From the NCBI GenBank assembly GCA_964016885.1, contig OZ024748.1, positions 2,108,001 through 2,172,000 of the forward strand: a stretch of DNA of 64,000 nt. Direction: 5' to 3'. Made by a program: the position numbers and the translations under genes. This DNA comes from Eledone cirrhosa (taxonomy: Eukaryota). Below are positions 46,355 to 60,827 of this stretch, piece after piece. Position 1 is the stretch's first letter. Every line of letters begins with the position of its first letter. Under the pieces are notes generated by a model. That model had not been told where the DNA came from. It worked only from the letters and a program-made list of their open reading frames with translations, and made no database searches.

Positions 46355-47205
46355 TGTGTGTATGTATATATATCCATTCTTTTGGAGGGCTTTAATTAGA
46401 AAAATTGTTTAAATGAACAATTTTGTCAGTCATAATACTGTTTGTTCAGTATTCATTACCACAACTAATTTAGTAATTTGCTTCTATCTTTCTTTTATTT
46501 ACATATTTATTATTATTTTTATTATTGTTTTTTTTCTTGGTGCCAATCAATGTATTGATGAAGAAGCACTAATAGCTAATGAGCCCCAGCCAAGCAAATC
46601 TGGAGACAGTATGCTAATGTGTGCCTGCAACCAACACAACAACATCAACAACAATAGAGCTAGTCTTATATAGAAACATTATATTGTCATAGTTGTGTGG
46701 TTCAAGTATGAGGCGTTATAGCTGATACTGTGATAAAGTTGAAAGCAGTGTGTAAAACCACAGTATTGTGTCTGTAAAAAAAAAAAAAAAAATGATATGG
46801 TTGCCACTAGGAAAATTTATGAACTTTAAAAGAAAGAAACAAAAAATAATGTAGTTATATATCTATGTGTGTGTGTGTGTATAAAAAAATATTTCTAACA
46901 AGCGGAAGCAAATATTCAAATTTACAAACCCATCCAACCAATTCCTATGATGGGAAGTTAAAAATGAAACTGTAATGGTGGATTAACATTGTATTAATCA
47001 AGACTAAATGATTCTTCTGGCTAAAATTTGATCTCATTACATCTCAGTTTTATTTTGATGCTAAATAAACAGCTAAAAAGATCAAATTTTATGCAATCTT
47101 AAGTGAAATTGTTTAAAAAAAGAAAGCAAAACTCCCCAAAAAATCCATCTCATTTGACAGGAGAGTCTTTCACTTGTTCCTCCTTATACTACTCACTCAC
47201 ATCTT

Positions 47206-47247
<42 letters not shown>

Positions 47248-47408
47248 TTAATGGTGTATGTTGTTAATCAACAACAACTTGGGAAAATATATAAATATCT
47301 TGAAGAAAATAATGTGAATAACTTCTAGAAAATCAAGCAGATAAGCTTTGCTTTATAATTCTTTTATTTCCTCATTGTTTGTTTTGTTTTGTTTTACTTT
47401 AATATATA

Positions 47409-47498
47409 CAGGTTGTCCCCCCCCCCCCCCAAAAAAAAATGTATACACACTTCAATAGCATTCTAATGAAAGTATGCATACATTTTTGGGACACCTCG
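47409..47498. mobile_element. Tc1/mariner-type MITE (~90 bp)
   Basis: TA|CAGGTTGTCCC..AAAAATGTATACACACTT pairs with AAGTATGCATACATTTTTGGGACACCTCG. Confidence 0.7.
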
Positions 47499-49570
47499 TG
47501 TGTATACATATATATATATATATGATATATTGGTATGTATATATATATATATATGTATATGTTATATGTGTATGTATATATATGTATGTTATATGTGTAT
47601 GTATGTGTATGTATATATATGTTATGTGTATGTATATATATATGTATATGATATATGTGTATATATATATATGTATATGATATATGTGTATATATATGTA
47701 TATGATATATGTGTGTATATATATATATGTATATGATATATGTGTATGTATATATATGTATATGACATATGTATATATATGTGTACATATGTATATATAT
47801 ATGTATATATATATATGTGTGTGTATATATTTATATGATATATGTGTATGTATATATATATGTATATATATATATATATATATATGTGTATATATTTATA
47901 TGATATATGTGTATGTATATATATGTATATATATGTATGTATGTATATAGTATAGATATTTTTAGTCAAATTTGTTTATTGTAAGATGAAAATTTTATTT
48001 GTCAAAGAAAACAGTTATAAATGTTAGTTTTAAAATAAATAAAAATAAAATAAAAATACCTCTGCCATGCCCATATTCCCATATTTTTTATTTACCAAAA
48101 TTATGGCTCACATAGAAAAATCTATTCCATCCCCAATTTGGATATGTCTTCCAAACACCCAATAAATGTCCATTTTGAAGATTTTTGTCTCAAAAGCTTT
48201 CTTGATTATTCTTTTGACATCTTAGAAGAAAAAAACTTGTCAGAAAAGAAGCATGTTATATATGACTTTTAATTTTATCCAAAACTCCCCTCTCCATCCT
48301 TGTGTCATTAATTTAGCTAAGTTCCTTATATCATAAAATTGTTGTTTCCTTCAACATTTACATAGTAATTTAATTTCATCATTTCTGCAGAATTATATTT
48401 CATCATCTCAGGTATTTATAAGTTAAAAAATAATTTTGATAATATATAATTATACTTGGTTCCTTAATATCCATAAATAAATAAATAAATAATTGACATT
48501 AACAAGTAAGTTAAAATTGCTAAATTGAAGTAAAATATTAAACGGAACCCCCTCCCCTATATAATTTTATTTATATAGAATAATATATTTTATTTTATTT
48601 TATTCCATACATTTAATTTTCCTCAGTGTGTTATTGTTCATATTTTATTTCCCCCATGTTTAGATAAAATGAAATTATTCCAATGGATTAGTTTTTACCT
48701 AAGTGCACTTATGTTATTTAACATGGATATTTTACTCAAGTGAAGTTAGCATTGAAGCTTCTGTAAATCTCAGGGCATGATAGATGTGTTGGCCAGGATA
48801 AAATAAAAAATAAAAAGACTAATATTTGTTATTAACAATCTAGAATATGGTTGTGACCTAGTTTACTGTTTTTGTTTTGTTTGTCTTTTTACCCCTTTGT
48901 TTTTGTGTTTTATTTATTTGTTTATTATATTTTTGTTTATTATTAAAAGAATATTCTAGAAGTTTGGTTTGATTTCTGAACACTCCTAAAATTTGGTTGG
49001 AATAATTTTTTGTTTTAAATTCTAGACAAAAAAATTCATCAATGTTGTTAGAATAACTGTTTTTTTTTTCTGTTTCTAGAAAAATGATGTTAGATAATTT
49101 TGCTGGCTTAGTCCTATGCCAGCTGAAATCTTGAGATATACACTGTCCAATTTTTCAAAGAATCATCTGCCAGTTGCCATTTTTTTTTTTTAAAACCAAG
49201 ATTTCATTCACAGCAACCTTTTTGACCGAACCTTAATCAAGAACCATCTGTAATTAGTTAGATTATGAGATTAATATTAAATCTCAAATATTCCAAAAGA
49301 AAAATTTGAATAAAAATAACATAAGAAATGAATGATATATTCTTTTATTTGTGTTTTTAAATTTTATTTCATACATCACCATTTTTTTGTTTGGGGGGGG
49401 GGGGGGGGCTTTTTTTTTTTAGACATTATAAACATCTTATTTTTCTCATTTTCATTTAAAAAAAAATATATTCAAAGAGAACTCTTTTTCATTCTCTATT
49501 GACCAAACCTTACTTTGGTTTGAATTAGACATACATTATTTATTATTATTATTATTATTACTATTATTAC

Positions 49571-50490
49571 AGCAGTGGATTGGCAGAATTGTTAGACGTT
49601 GGACAAGATGCTTTGTGATATTTAGTTATGTCCCCTTACATTCTGAGTTCAAATTCCGCTGAGGTCGACTTTGCCTTTCATCTTTCTGGGGTTGATAAAA
49701 TAAAGTACTACTGAAGTACTGGGATTGGTATAATTGACCTTCCCTTACCCCAAAATTGCTGGCCTTGTTAAAAAAATTATTATTAATATTATTATTATTA
49801 TTATCATCATCATCATTATTATTATTAGTAGACGTAGTAGTAGTAATATTGTTATTATTAGAACTTTGGACAAATACATAGTGGTATTTATTCCAGCTCT
49901 TTACTTCTGAGTTCAAATCCCACCAAGGTCAACTTTGCCTTTCAACCTTCTGAGAGTGATAAAATAAAGTACCAGTCAAATACTAGGGTTGATTTAATCA
50001 GCTTCAACTATACTTTCAAATTGCTGGCCTTGTGCCAAATGTAGAAACCATTATTATTATTATTATTGGTATTATTATAAGGGTGGTGGATTGGCAGTAT
50101 TGGTAGAGCCTTGGGCAGGATGATTTACAGCAGGAATGTCAAGCATGCGGCCCCTTACAAGCACACCTGTGGCCCCTTACAAGCACACCTGTGGCCCACA
50201 CAAAGGTTTTTACAGCACGAGCATGTTTAATCTTCGTAACATAAAATAAAAAAAAATTAGTTGTAATGTGCACAATTAGTTGTCGAGTGTGGCCCTCAGA
50301 CAACACATGTGGCCCTCGGGGGACCCTCAGTTGGACATGCCTGCTTTACAGCATATAATTATGTTCCTTTATGTTCTGAGTTCAAAGCCTGCTGTGGTAG
50401 CTTCCCTTGTCAACCTTACAGAGTCGATAAAATAAAGTACCAGTAATACACTGGGGTCAAATTGACTTTCCCGTTCCCCGCAAAACCATA
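49571..50490 (+). mobile_element. Three tandem SINE copies (second family) separated by (TTA)n
   Basis: Copies at ~49571-49770, ~49860-50050 and ~50082-50490; the last is interrupted by a MITE. Confidence 0.8.
50131..50343. mobile_element. hAT-type MITE nested in a SINE
   Basis: TIRs CAGGAATGTCAAGC and GTTGGACATGCCTG; 8-bp TSD ATTTACAG/CTTTACAG. Confidence 0.8.
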
Positions 50491-50670
50491 ATAATAATAA
50501 TTATTATTATCAGTGTTGTCACGTCACTGATGACTGGATCTCTAGATTCACTTGTGCCACATTCCTGGCATTAATACCTATTAATTCCATCCACGTCTTT
50601 GCTTTTTTTAATTAACCAAAGTTGGGCCTTGATGGTAGAGACATCACACACACACATATATATATATATA

Positions 50671-50704
<34 letters not shown>

Positions 50705-50790
50705 CACATAAGAGTGAAAGCAGTGATTCTTTGCTTAAATTTTAATCTGTTCTTATAAATAAATATATATATGTATATATATATATACAC

Positions 50791-50821
<31 letters not shown>

Positions 50822-51074
50822 TATATATTTAGTGTGAATTATTCCGCCAGAATTATAAGTGTCAACCATTAAATTTAGTTAAAATTATTGTAAATTAAAT
50901 GTCAATCATTTCCTGGCCATGTTTTTCCTCTCCTTGAAACCAATAAACTTTTCTTGGACATTTAGCTACAAACTCTGATGATCCTGTAAACATTCTGAAA
51001 CAGACTAACAATAAAAACTGCAACAACAGCAACAAGTATTTTAAGGCCATTTTCCCTGTTAAAGTAAAGTTTAA

Positions 51075-51295
51075 CCCTTTAGCATTAACATTACTCTATA
51101 TATACTAGTGTATTTTTGTAGTAAACACTTTATCTTACATAATTATCTCACATAATATTGAATCTATGAGATTTTGATATTATTTATTTTGAGAACAATA
51201 CCTTAACATCAGTATAAACAGCCAGTTTCAACTGGTTTGAACAGAAAGAGGTGAGACATTTCTGGCCGGATATGGCCGGTTTGAATGCTAAAGGG
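51075..51295. mobile_element. piggyBac-type MITE
   Basis: TTAA|CCCTTTAGCATT ... AATGCTAAAGGG|TTAA, a perfect 12-bp TIR with TTAA TSD. Confidence 0.85.
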
Positions 51296-54059
51296 TTAAC
51301 CTTATCAGCTTTTTAATAGGCTTCACACTCATTATGGAGTTATTTTTATTGTAGCAGTATTATTAATTACCTCTGTAAGATATACTGAGATATGGTGTAC
51401 CTAATTTTAAATCAGATACACTCGGGAGATTAAGAATAAATATAGTTGTTGATTTTTTTCTTAGTTTTTTTTTTTTAATTCTTCTTTTTAATTATATGAA
51501 CTCTATCTTTTCTAAAAGAGTCTTTTATTAAATAATAAATTTGTAATTTCAGATTAGATTATCAGGAAAAAACGCTGCCAATATTTGAAATCTTCTAATT
51601 AGCAAGAATTCCCTTGTAAATGTGTAATAAATAAAAGCTGGTTTCTTTTTATGACTTGCGGCCTGTCCTAGTGTGTTTACCATCAGTCCGGATTCTTCTA
51701 TCCATAGTTTTATGTAATATAGTTATGTAAGTTATATTATTTCTTCATTTTATTCTTTTACCAATAATCACCAACGGCTGTGACCATGCTGTAGGGGTGT
51801 GCATCTTTATACTATATATATGTATATATAGATATATATATAGTGTGTATGTGAGGATGTAGTTTGTTTGATACATTGTATAAAATGTAGAAATTAGTGT
51901 TTTGTTTAAAGGGATGATGAAGGGGTTTTATCCCAGAATTTAATAATAATAATGAAAATTATTGTGTACAACTCATCAAATGTGCATGTATAATACATAG
52001 AATAATGTACAAATGTCAGGAAAGGGAACAGGGCTTAAACATCCAATTCACATTGTGGTAGCCTTCAATTAAAACACTATTATATATATATGTATATATA
52101 TAAAATAGTTCATGTAGTCTGTAAACTGATAAAACCTATTAAACTATATATAATTAAAGATTTCTCTTATATATATATATATATATATATACCATATATA
52201 CTCAAATATAAACCGGTACAAATATAAGTTACATATATAACTGGTACCATATTCATTTGCAAAATCCATATGCATTTTAGTCATATTTGGTTCCAGTTCC
52301 TAGCAGAAATACTTAAACATTTTTTTTTTTTTGCTTGGAAATGTTCTAGAAATAATGTTAGCTGATTGAGATTCTATTTTTGTTCATATAATCTTTACTA
52401 ATCTATAAACACACAGTCACACTTTACGTGGGGTGACCATGTTAATTCATTGGCTCTATAGTGTCTAAAGTCTGTCTTAAGCCCGAAGACTCATTAGGCT
52501 GGTGCTTATCCCGGTTTCATAGCGTGAAGCAACTGAGAGTACAAGACATCTCCCTGGACAGGACACCAGTCCATCGCAGGGTTAAACCACCAGCTATTGC
52601 TGTTACTCATTTTCAGCTGAGTATATTGGAGCAATGTTTTGAAGTACAAATGTAGTCTATCTGATGGGCTTCCTAACAGTTTCTGTCTACTCAATTTCAT
52701 TCAAAAGGTATGAGTCAACCTGAGGCTGTGGTAAATAACAAGATGCTGCATAGTGGGATTAAACTCAAGACTCTAATGACTGCAATGAACTTAACTATTT
52801 GGTCACAGCATTTGGTCATGGTGTGTTTCACTATTTCATTTTTGATATCCCAAAAACATTTCTTGTAGCTTTCAAAATGTTGGATTATATGAGAACAGGA
52901 ATCTTCATTTACTTCCCATTTCCTTATTACTGGAATAAGACTTGAAAATTATTTGGTTTATTTCCTGAAGATTAACCCCACTTTACTGATATTGTTTTGT
53001 GAGGGTGGTAGAATTCCTGTGTTTCCCAATTTAATGTCACCACTTGGCCTTTGTGCGCTTCTAGTTTTGTCCCTTTTGCTGCATGTCTTCAGGCCACATC
53101 TTCAGTTTAAGGAGGCCTAACTTCATTCCTCCCACCACTCTCCAGGACCCTGGAAAAGGTCATGAAATTTTTCAATTCCTCCTGACTAATCAATTAAAAA
53201 AGGCATCATAAATTGTTATAATCATAGTGTAACATTGAGGAAAGGCTGATTCTGAGAGCAGTGTACTTAATACTACATATTCCTGATTCAGGTCCAAAAA
53301 TGTGAATATAGAACTGTTTCTGGCTGGGTTTCTACAGCTGGATGCCTTTCCTAATGCCAACCACATTTATAGTGTGGGCTGGGTGCTTTTTGTCTTGACA
53401 CCTACACGACAACTTTACAGTATGGGCTTGGTGCTTTTTGTTGTGACTCTTACATAACTACTTTACAATGCATGCTGGGTGCTTTTTATTGTGACACCTA
53501 CACAACCACTTTACAGTGTGGGCTGGATGTTTTATGAAGTTTTGAAGATACATCTGTCTGTAAAAGTTGAAAGAGGTTTGAATAACAAAATTAACAGTAT
53601 TCATCATTGTCAAATTGGACAGGAAGAATAATTGTATTTTTTTTTTTATTTTTACCTTCAACACAATTAGTGTGACAGCAACGTTGTCAAAACATTGTTT
53701 TAATGAAGGCATTTGTTAACAAGGAGGTATTTCTTCTTCCAATACTTGGTTTTCATGTCATGAAACATGGAACACCTCTTGTACTCATTCATTATTTTTA
53801 CATTCTCAGACACTTTAAACAAAGCCAGCTAGAATTATTAGCCAAAACATGTTATTACTAGTGCTATTAGGAAGCTAAACTACCTTTGACCTCCCATAAA
53901 TAATTAATTCACTCCCTTCATTAGAGTAACACAAGCAGTATCAGATAATTCACTCGCCAGAGACATTTCCCAATGAAGTTTTCAATCCATGAATATTTAT
54001 TTTCTCCTTACAGCTGTTCTCTTTCTATACCCATGTAGAAATGTTTATAGCTGATAACA

Positions 54060-54740
54060 CACACACATATGTATATACATATATACATATATACATGCAT
54101 ACTCAAACGTAGATTTACACACATTCACTCATACACATGTGTATAGACAAAGACAGATTTACACATATACTTGCATATACAAACATACATCTACACACTC
54201 TCACTCACATACACACATATACTTACATACATGCATACACACACAAGCAGAGATCTACTCATTTACACACAAACATACATGTATGCATACATACATGCAT
54301 ACACAAACATAGATTTACACACATTCGCACATACACTTGTGCATAGACAAAGACACCTACACACTCGCACACGCACATATACTAGCATACACAAACATAC
54401 ATCTACACTCTCACACATATCCATAGAAAAATATAGATCTACAGACACACACACACACATATATACATACATGCATGCATTCACAAGCAGAGATCTACAC
54501 ATTCACACACAAACATACATATATACATACACAAACACAGAGATACATGTGTACATACATAGACAGACACCGATTTACAAACTCACACAAGCATACATAC
54601 ATGTACACAGATACATTAGGCATACATACATAAACAGATCTACAAGCTTCCACACATGTGCATTCATTCATACATGCACATACATACACACATACATACA
54701 CATATACAAACAGATCTACGTGCTCACAAACACACTATTA
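54060..54740. repeat. Degenerate CA-rich complex repeat
   Basis: ACAC/ATAC runs with recurring AGATCTAC/AGATTTAC. Confidence 0.75.
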
Positions 54741-57700
54741 TATTTTCACTTTTTTATTACTCCAGTAATTTTTCCAATTAAACTAGACATTGCTCTTTAT
54801 TTCTATAATAATAACCTTCCAGTGTGTCTCCCTCGCCATCCTCCAGGGAAATTCCTTCTCTATTTATTCCGCCGGGGCTGTGGGGTGGCCAGCACGTGGG
54901 GCCCCCAATTGCTCATAATAGTGAGAGATGGGGAAAGTGGGAGAGACGGAGGCAATGACAGTGGGAGTTTGGTTCCTTTGTGTTCGGACTTGGTGATATG
55001 TTTCACAGACACATACTTACACTGAGGAAGTTAAGGGAAACAACTATTATATTCACCATAACCTTCTTTACAATGATGTCTTGTGAAACTTCATTCACAA
55101 TGGACCTCTAAACATGCAACAGTATTCTTCTATTCTTTATGTCCTGGCTTTGTTTCTACAGCTGGATGCCCTTCCCAACACTAACCACATTTACAGTGAA
55201 TACTGGGTGCTTTTTGCTATGATGCCTACACGACCACTTTACATATACATATATCATAATATTGGACTAACCGACTAAGGATATGCAGACCACAATTCCA
55301 TCGGTCGGCTGTGATGCAGATAAAATGAAGTGCCCAACGACTTGTATAAATGATACAAATTGGAGCATTATATAGTACTAAAAAGATCAAATTTGTAAAC
55401 ATTTAAACATACAATACTTATTTTATGAAACAACATTTAGGCTGACTTACTACAATGTTCATTACTTTCTATTTTTAGAGGAGGAGTGTCTTGTAATATA
55501 ACTAACTTTCTTATTATTAAGCTGGTATTTGGAACATAACTTAATAAAGGTTCTTACATAAAATTATGATGGAATATTTTCAGATAAAACCTACAATGTG
55601 ATATCACAGAACCAGGGACAGTTTCAGGCTGTTTGGTATCAAAAGGGTTCATTTGAAACAAGAAAGGAACACATTTTATTGCAGAAGATACTAGATATGG
55701 CAAACAAGCAACATTTTACTCAGGGTCTACTAAATAGACTAAATTTAATAGTTTATATACTATTAGATACTTATAGTGCTTTACATAGTGTCTTTGTTTT
55801 TATGTATATTTGAATGTCTTATGTGTTGCCACATATTTTATTGTGGTTTCAACCCTCAGAACAAGAATTTTTGAGGGTAGTGGAATGTTTTCTTTTTCCA
55901 TCGCCAGAAAAACAAAAGACCAGAGCTTTATGGGCAAAATTCCTTAAGATATTTGTTCTGCTTTGAGTTGTAGACAATCTCTTGTCCCTATTGCCATGAG
56001 AAATGCAGTAGATTAGTAATTTGCTTGTTGGAAATGTGTAACCAAAGACACGAGAGTTCACCAGTTGCAGGTATAAAATAAAAACAATATATAAAATAAT
56101 TCTTAATTATGGAATTGCAGACATCTGTTCTAATCTCTAGACAAATCTTAATTAAACAATTTTTTTCATTATTTATATTCTCTAAGGGAGGTGTGTTGGC
56201 AGAGTTGTTAGAGTGTCAGACAACTGTGTAGCAGTATTTGTTTCAGTTCTTTACAATCTGAGCTCAAATCCTGCTGAGGTCAACTTTACCTTTCATCCTT
56301 CCAGTGACCAATAGTACCAGTTAAGTACTCCAGCTCCCAAATTGCTGACCATGTGCTTAAATTATAAAACTTTATTAAGATTCTCTGAATTGGCTAACAC
56401 ATTCTGTAGAGAAGTTGATATGGTAATGGTTTTACCTGAGTTTCCTTGTTTGCTGTGCATACATGTTTAAGGAATTGGGCCTTGGTTTCCAAAATAAGTT
56501 CCAAGGAACACTAGGATTCTGCAAAAACAATTTTGGAGTTCTGCAAGAAAAGGTACCTTTTTATTTTCACTGGTGCAGCCTAAAATTTAGGAAATTTACA
56601 GTAATATTCCTATTTCGAAACTCCACTTTAAAATTATTGTGAATTAGAGTGGCTACCTAGAATGTTATGGAGCCATACCACCACCAAGGCCTGATGATGG
56701 ATCTGGATAGAACTTAGAGCTAAGTAGACTTAAACCAGTGAGAGGTAACTGCCTTGTTCTAGCATCAGAAAACCATTTATGACATGGAGCAACACTGCTT
56801 TTCAGGGAAGCTCTTCTCAAAATTTAAGAGAACTATGAGCTTTTTTAGGGTTGAAGGTTAACAGATATTCACAAGCCTCTACTTAGCTTTCCAGATTCCA
56901 TACTGGTGTATTGGTCAATCATCCCCTCTTATAGGTCCTGTCTCAGCCACATACATAATACAGTAGCAGTAATAAGAAGATATATCTGATAACTTCCCTC
57001 AACCCTTTCACCAAAAGTGTATGAGTAGTTCGGTCAATAACATACTGGACAATTAACTGTTAGTTTAGTTGTTTTATATTCAATCACTTTATATTTAGCA
57101 TTGATCACTGCCAGTACTTAGACAGCAGCAGCAGCAGCAACGAAATGCTGCTGCTGCTGTCAGAATGTCAGGTAGAATGATTTGTGATATTCTGCTTGCT
57201 GCATTCTCAGTTCAAACTCCATCAAAGTCAACTTTGCCTTTCATTCTTTTGAGGTCGATAAATAAAATACCAGTCTGGTACTGGGGTCAATTATTCCTCT
57301 ATATCTCTTTTTTACTTCTCTCTTGTTCTCTCTCTTTCACTGGAAGAAATCAGCTAGCTTCAGACCTGGAGTGGGAATGGGCTCTGCTAGGTTTAAAAGG
57401 CCCAAAACATGCTGCATATTACTATACTGCCCTCCCACTCCATCAGGGGCTAAAATGAAAAAATAAACGAATATCAAGCCTTTAGCTTGATATTTCTAGA
57501 ATGTGAGTGAAAAAGGTATGAACTAAGCTACCTGCTCCCTCACTTCTCATCTATTATCCCCACCCACTCAATCACTTTATATTCTCTATCCACATATGTT
57601 AAATGGTTCAAACATCAATCTTGATATGCCCCCACCCCACACCCCCACCCCGCTTAACTTTGATAGTTATGAGTTGTTATGGATCCCAGCCAGAGATATT

Positions 57701-57906
57701 ATTAGACTATCATTAATTATTAATGATTCTCTAATAAGGGATCTTTTATATGATTGCTCAACCTGCTAGAAATTGCTGCCAAACCTCCCTCAAATTATAC
57801 TCAACTCTTTTGATACCAACCAGCCTACCTCAAATCACCTTAGTCTTAGGATACACAGCTGCCATTTTATAATGTCCGTACTTAATATTAATCCTTCCAT
57901 CATTAT

Positions 57907-58095
57907 GTGGATTGGCAGTATCGGTAGAGAGTCGGACGCCATGCTTTGCAGCAAAGAATTACGGCCCTTTATGTTCTGAGTTCAAATCCCGCCGAAGTTA
58001 ACTTAGCCTTTCATCCTTATGGGGTCGATAAAATAAAGTACCAGTAATGTACTGGGATAATTGCTGGCCTTGTGCCAAAAAGTAGAAACAATTAT
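57907..58095 (+). mobile_element. tRNA-derived SINE (second family); other copies at ~56190, ~57160, ~59510 and ~59816
   Basis: GTGGATTGGCAGTATCGGTAGAG...GAGTTCAAATCCCGCC...GCTGGCCTTGTGCC. Confidence 0.88.
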
Positions 58096-60568
58096 TTTAT
58101 TTAAGAAATGTCTGCTAAGTTATGCTCCAAATATTAGCTTACTAAAGAAAAAGTTTATTTTCTAAATAAATTGAAACACATGAACAGAAAGGTGGTAACA
58201 AAAAAGTTAAAATTAAAGGAATAATGCATGTCATCCCAGATACATTAAAAGAAGAGGTGGTCATGATTGGAATATCCTTAACCAAAGCTCTGATCAATTC
58301 AGAGTTATTTAATAACAATTTCTATAGTGCTGCTAAATAAATGTTAGTATTTGTAGAAAACGTATAAAATTTTGACACAAAGAACTTCAGATTTGGTAAG
58401 TCAGCCTTGGTAGTACAGTAGGTAGTGTGTTAGTCTCAAAAAGGTTAATCAATTTTGCCCTTCCCTCAAAATTTGCTGGCTTTGTGCCTAAATTAGAATT
58501 GATTGCAGAAACGTCTATTTCTTTCTTCATCTCTAGAGATTTCCTAAAACAGCTGAGTGATTTCTTGTCCTTTTTTTCTCTCAAATACAATGATATCATC
58601 TATTGATCTTACTAATTTTTTTCACAGTATGGGATCAAAGTCTTCCTTTATCTAAATCAGTTTTATACTGGCTATTACTTAAATGGGTACATTAGGTTTA
58701 CTAATATCAAAACCTATAAAATTTAATCTGTTTAGTTTTGGCAATGTGACACCATAATCTTTGTTTTCAGCAATATTCTTTTAAATATTTTTCTCATAAA
58801 TTTTCATCAAATTGGGGCTCAATAAAATACACTTTATCTACACAACAGATATTTTACAAGTGTTTAAGGTTTATTTGTATGTACATGTCTTTAAGTGTGT
58901 GTGTGTGAATATGGATTCAACATGGCCAAATGGTTAAGATATTTGCTTTGTAATCATGAGGTCCTGATTTCAATTCCACAATGTGTAATCTTGAGCAAGT
59001 GACTTTTTCCATAGCTTCAGGTTACTCCAAGTCTTGTGAGTGAAATTGGGTAGACAGAAACTGGAAACTGTTTGGAAGCCTGTTGGATGGATTGTACTTG
59101 TAATTCAAAGGTACATGTATATGCTAATTCAATGATTAAATTGTCCAATTGAGTGAACAACTAAAAACTCATCATCAAAACTGCCAGAGATCTGTTTAAT
59201 TCACTTATTTGTAAATATAAATTTGTGATCATTCTTTGGAATATTTTAAAACAAAGCTGAGTGTTTGCTGATGCTTAAAATGTTTGTTTAAGCTACGTAT
59301 TGTTTCTCAAATATCATAGCTTTAAAAGGAATTACAGTACAGGTACACCATTGATTTTCCAACAGTCTGACACCTCTTTTTATCAAGATATAATTATAGG
59401 CTGACCCTCAAATTTCCCACATCCTGCCAGACTAGTTAATTTACATCAGAGACTGTATTACATTAGATTTAATTATAAATACTTTCACCTTAATATTCTA
59501 GATAAATGGCATTAGAATGTTGGAGAAAATGCATTGTGGTGTTTGTTCCAGCTCTGTGTTCTGATTTCAAATCCCACCATGGTCAACTTTCCCTTTCATC
59601 CTGTTCAGGTTGATAAGAAAGTACCAGTCAAGTACTGGGGTAGATTCTTCCTCTATGTCTATTTCTCACTTCCTCTCTATCATTCTCTCTCCTTCTCTGG
59701 AAGAAATCTGCTGTTTTCAGACCCCGCCAAAGTGTCATATGTCAATACAATATCCCTATGATTATTTTCAGGAGTTACTCGTCCGTACATAGTTTAGTAT
59801 TGTTGGAAGGGATAAGGGTGCTGGATTGGCACTATTGGTAGAGCATTGGATACCAATGCTTCGCAGCATAGAGTTACAGCCCTTTACACTCTGATTTAAA
59901 ATCCCACCTAGGTTAGCTTTGCCTTTCATCCTTTCGGGGGTTGATAAAATAAAGTACCAGTCATAAATTGGGGTTTAATCGACTTTCCCCACTCAACTTG
60001 TGCCTATAGTAGAATCCATTATTATTGAAGGATCTAGACATTGTAATATGTTTCTAAGTGAATTAACGTCTGGCAGAGAAGTTGCACCAACAGTTCTGGA
60101 AATTGTAGTCTTCCTCTTTTGTATATTTATATATACTGTCCAGATTGGGTTGAATAAGATTTTATTTAAAAGTTAAAACAAGTAGATAAAGAAGGAAACG
60201 TTATTTTATAAATATATATATATATATATATGTATATATGCATGTATGTATGTATGTGTATATATATATGTGTGTATGTATGTGTGTATATATATATGTG
60301 TATGTATATATATATGTGTATATAAATATGTGTATATATATCTAAATATATATACACATATATATGTAAATATATATACACATATATATGTAAATATATA
60401 TGTATATATATGTAAATATATATATATAAGATGATGATGATGATGTGTATATATATGTAAATATATATATATGTAAATATATATACCTACAAACACACAC
60501 ATGTATATGTACAAAGTATTATTTTAAGGAAGTCAACACACACACACACGCATATATATATATACACA

Positions 60569-60789
60569 CCAGGGGCGAAGGGTCCGTGCATGCGTTATAG
60601 AATCTTGAGTTGCTCAATTGCGTCGGTTGAAGCAAGCAGAATTTTGGCTGCTTACTAAATCGTAGACACATAAAAAGATAACACACACACACACTAGATA
60701 ACACTACATGCGGCTTTGACCGGGAATTGGGGGGGCGGGTGTAAGGCTGCACAGCCCCACTTTCCGCCATGGCAATTGGACTGCATGCC

Positions 60790-60792
<3 letters not shown>
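60569..60792. mobile_element. Possible GC-rich MITE-like insertion in microsatellite
   Basis: Starts CAGGGGCG and ends GCATGCCCTG; the TIR match is short and imperfect. Confidence 0.35.

Positions 60793-60827
<35 letters not shown>

Noticed and set aside
50975-51010. CTGATGA...GAAAC motif
   Set aside because: The intervening sequence does not form stem II and the flanks do not form stem I.
53040-56070. GC-richer islands with splice-like signals suggesting a second gene
   Set aside because: Could not be assembled into a phase-consistent ORF, and no protein motif was recognised.
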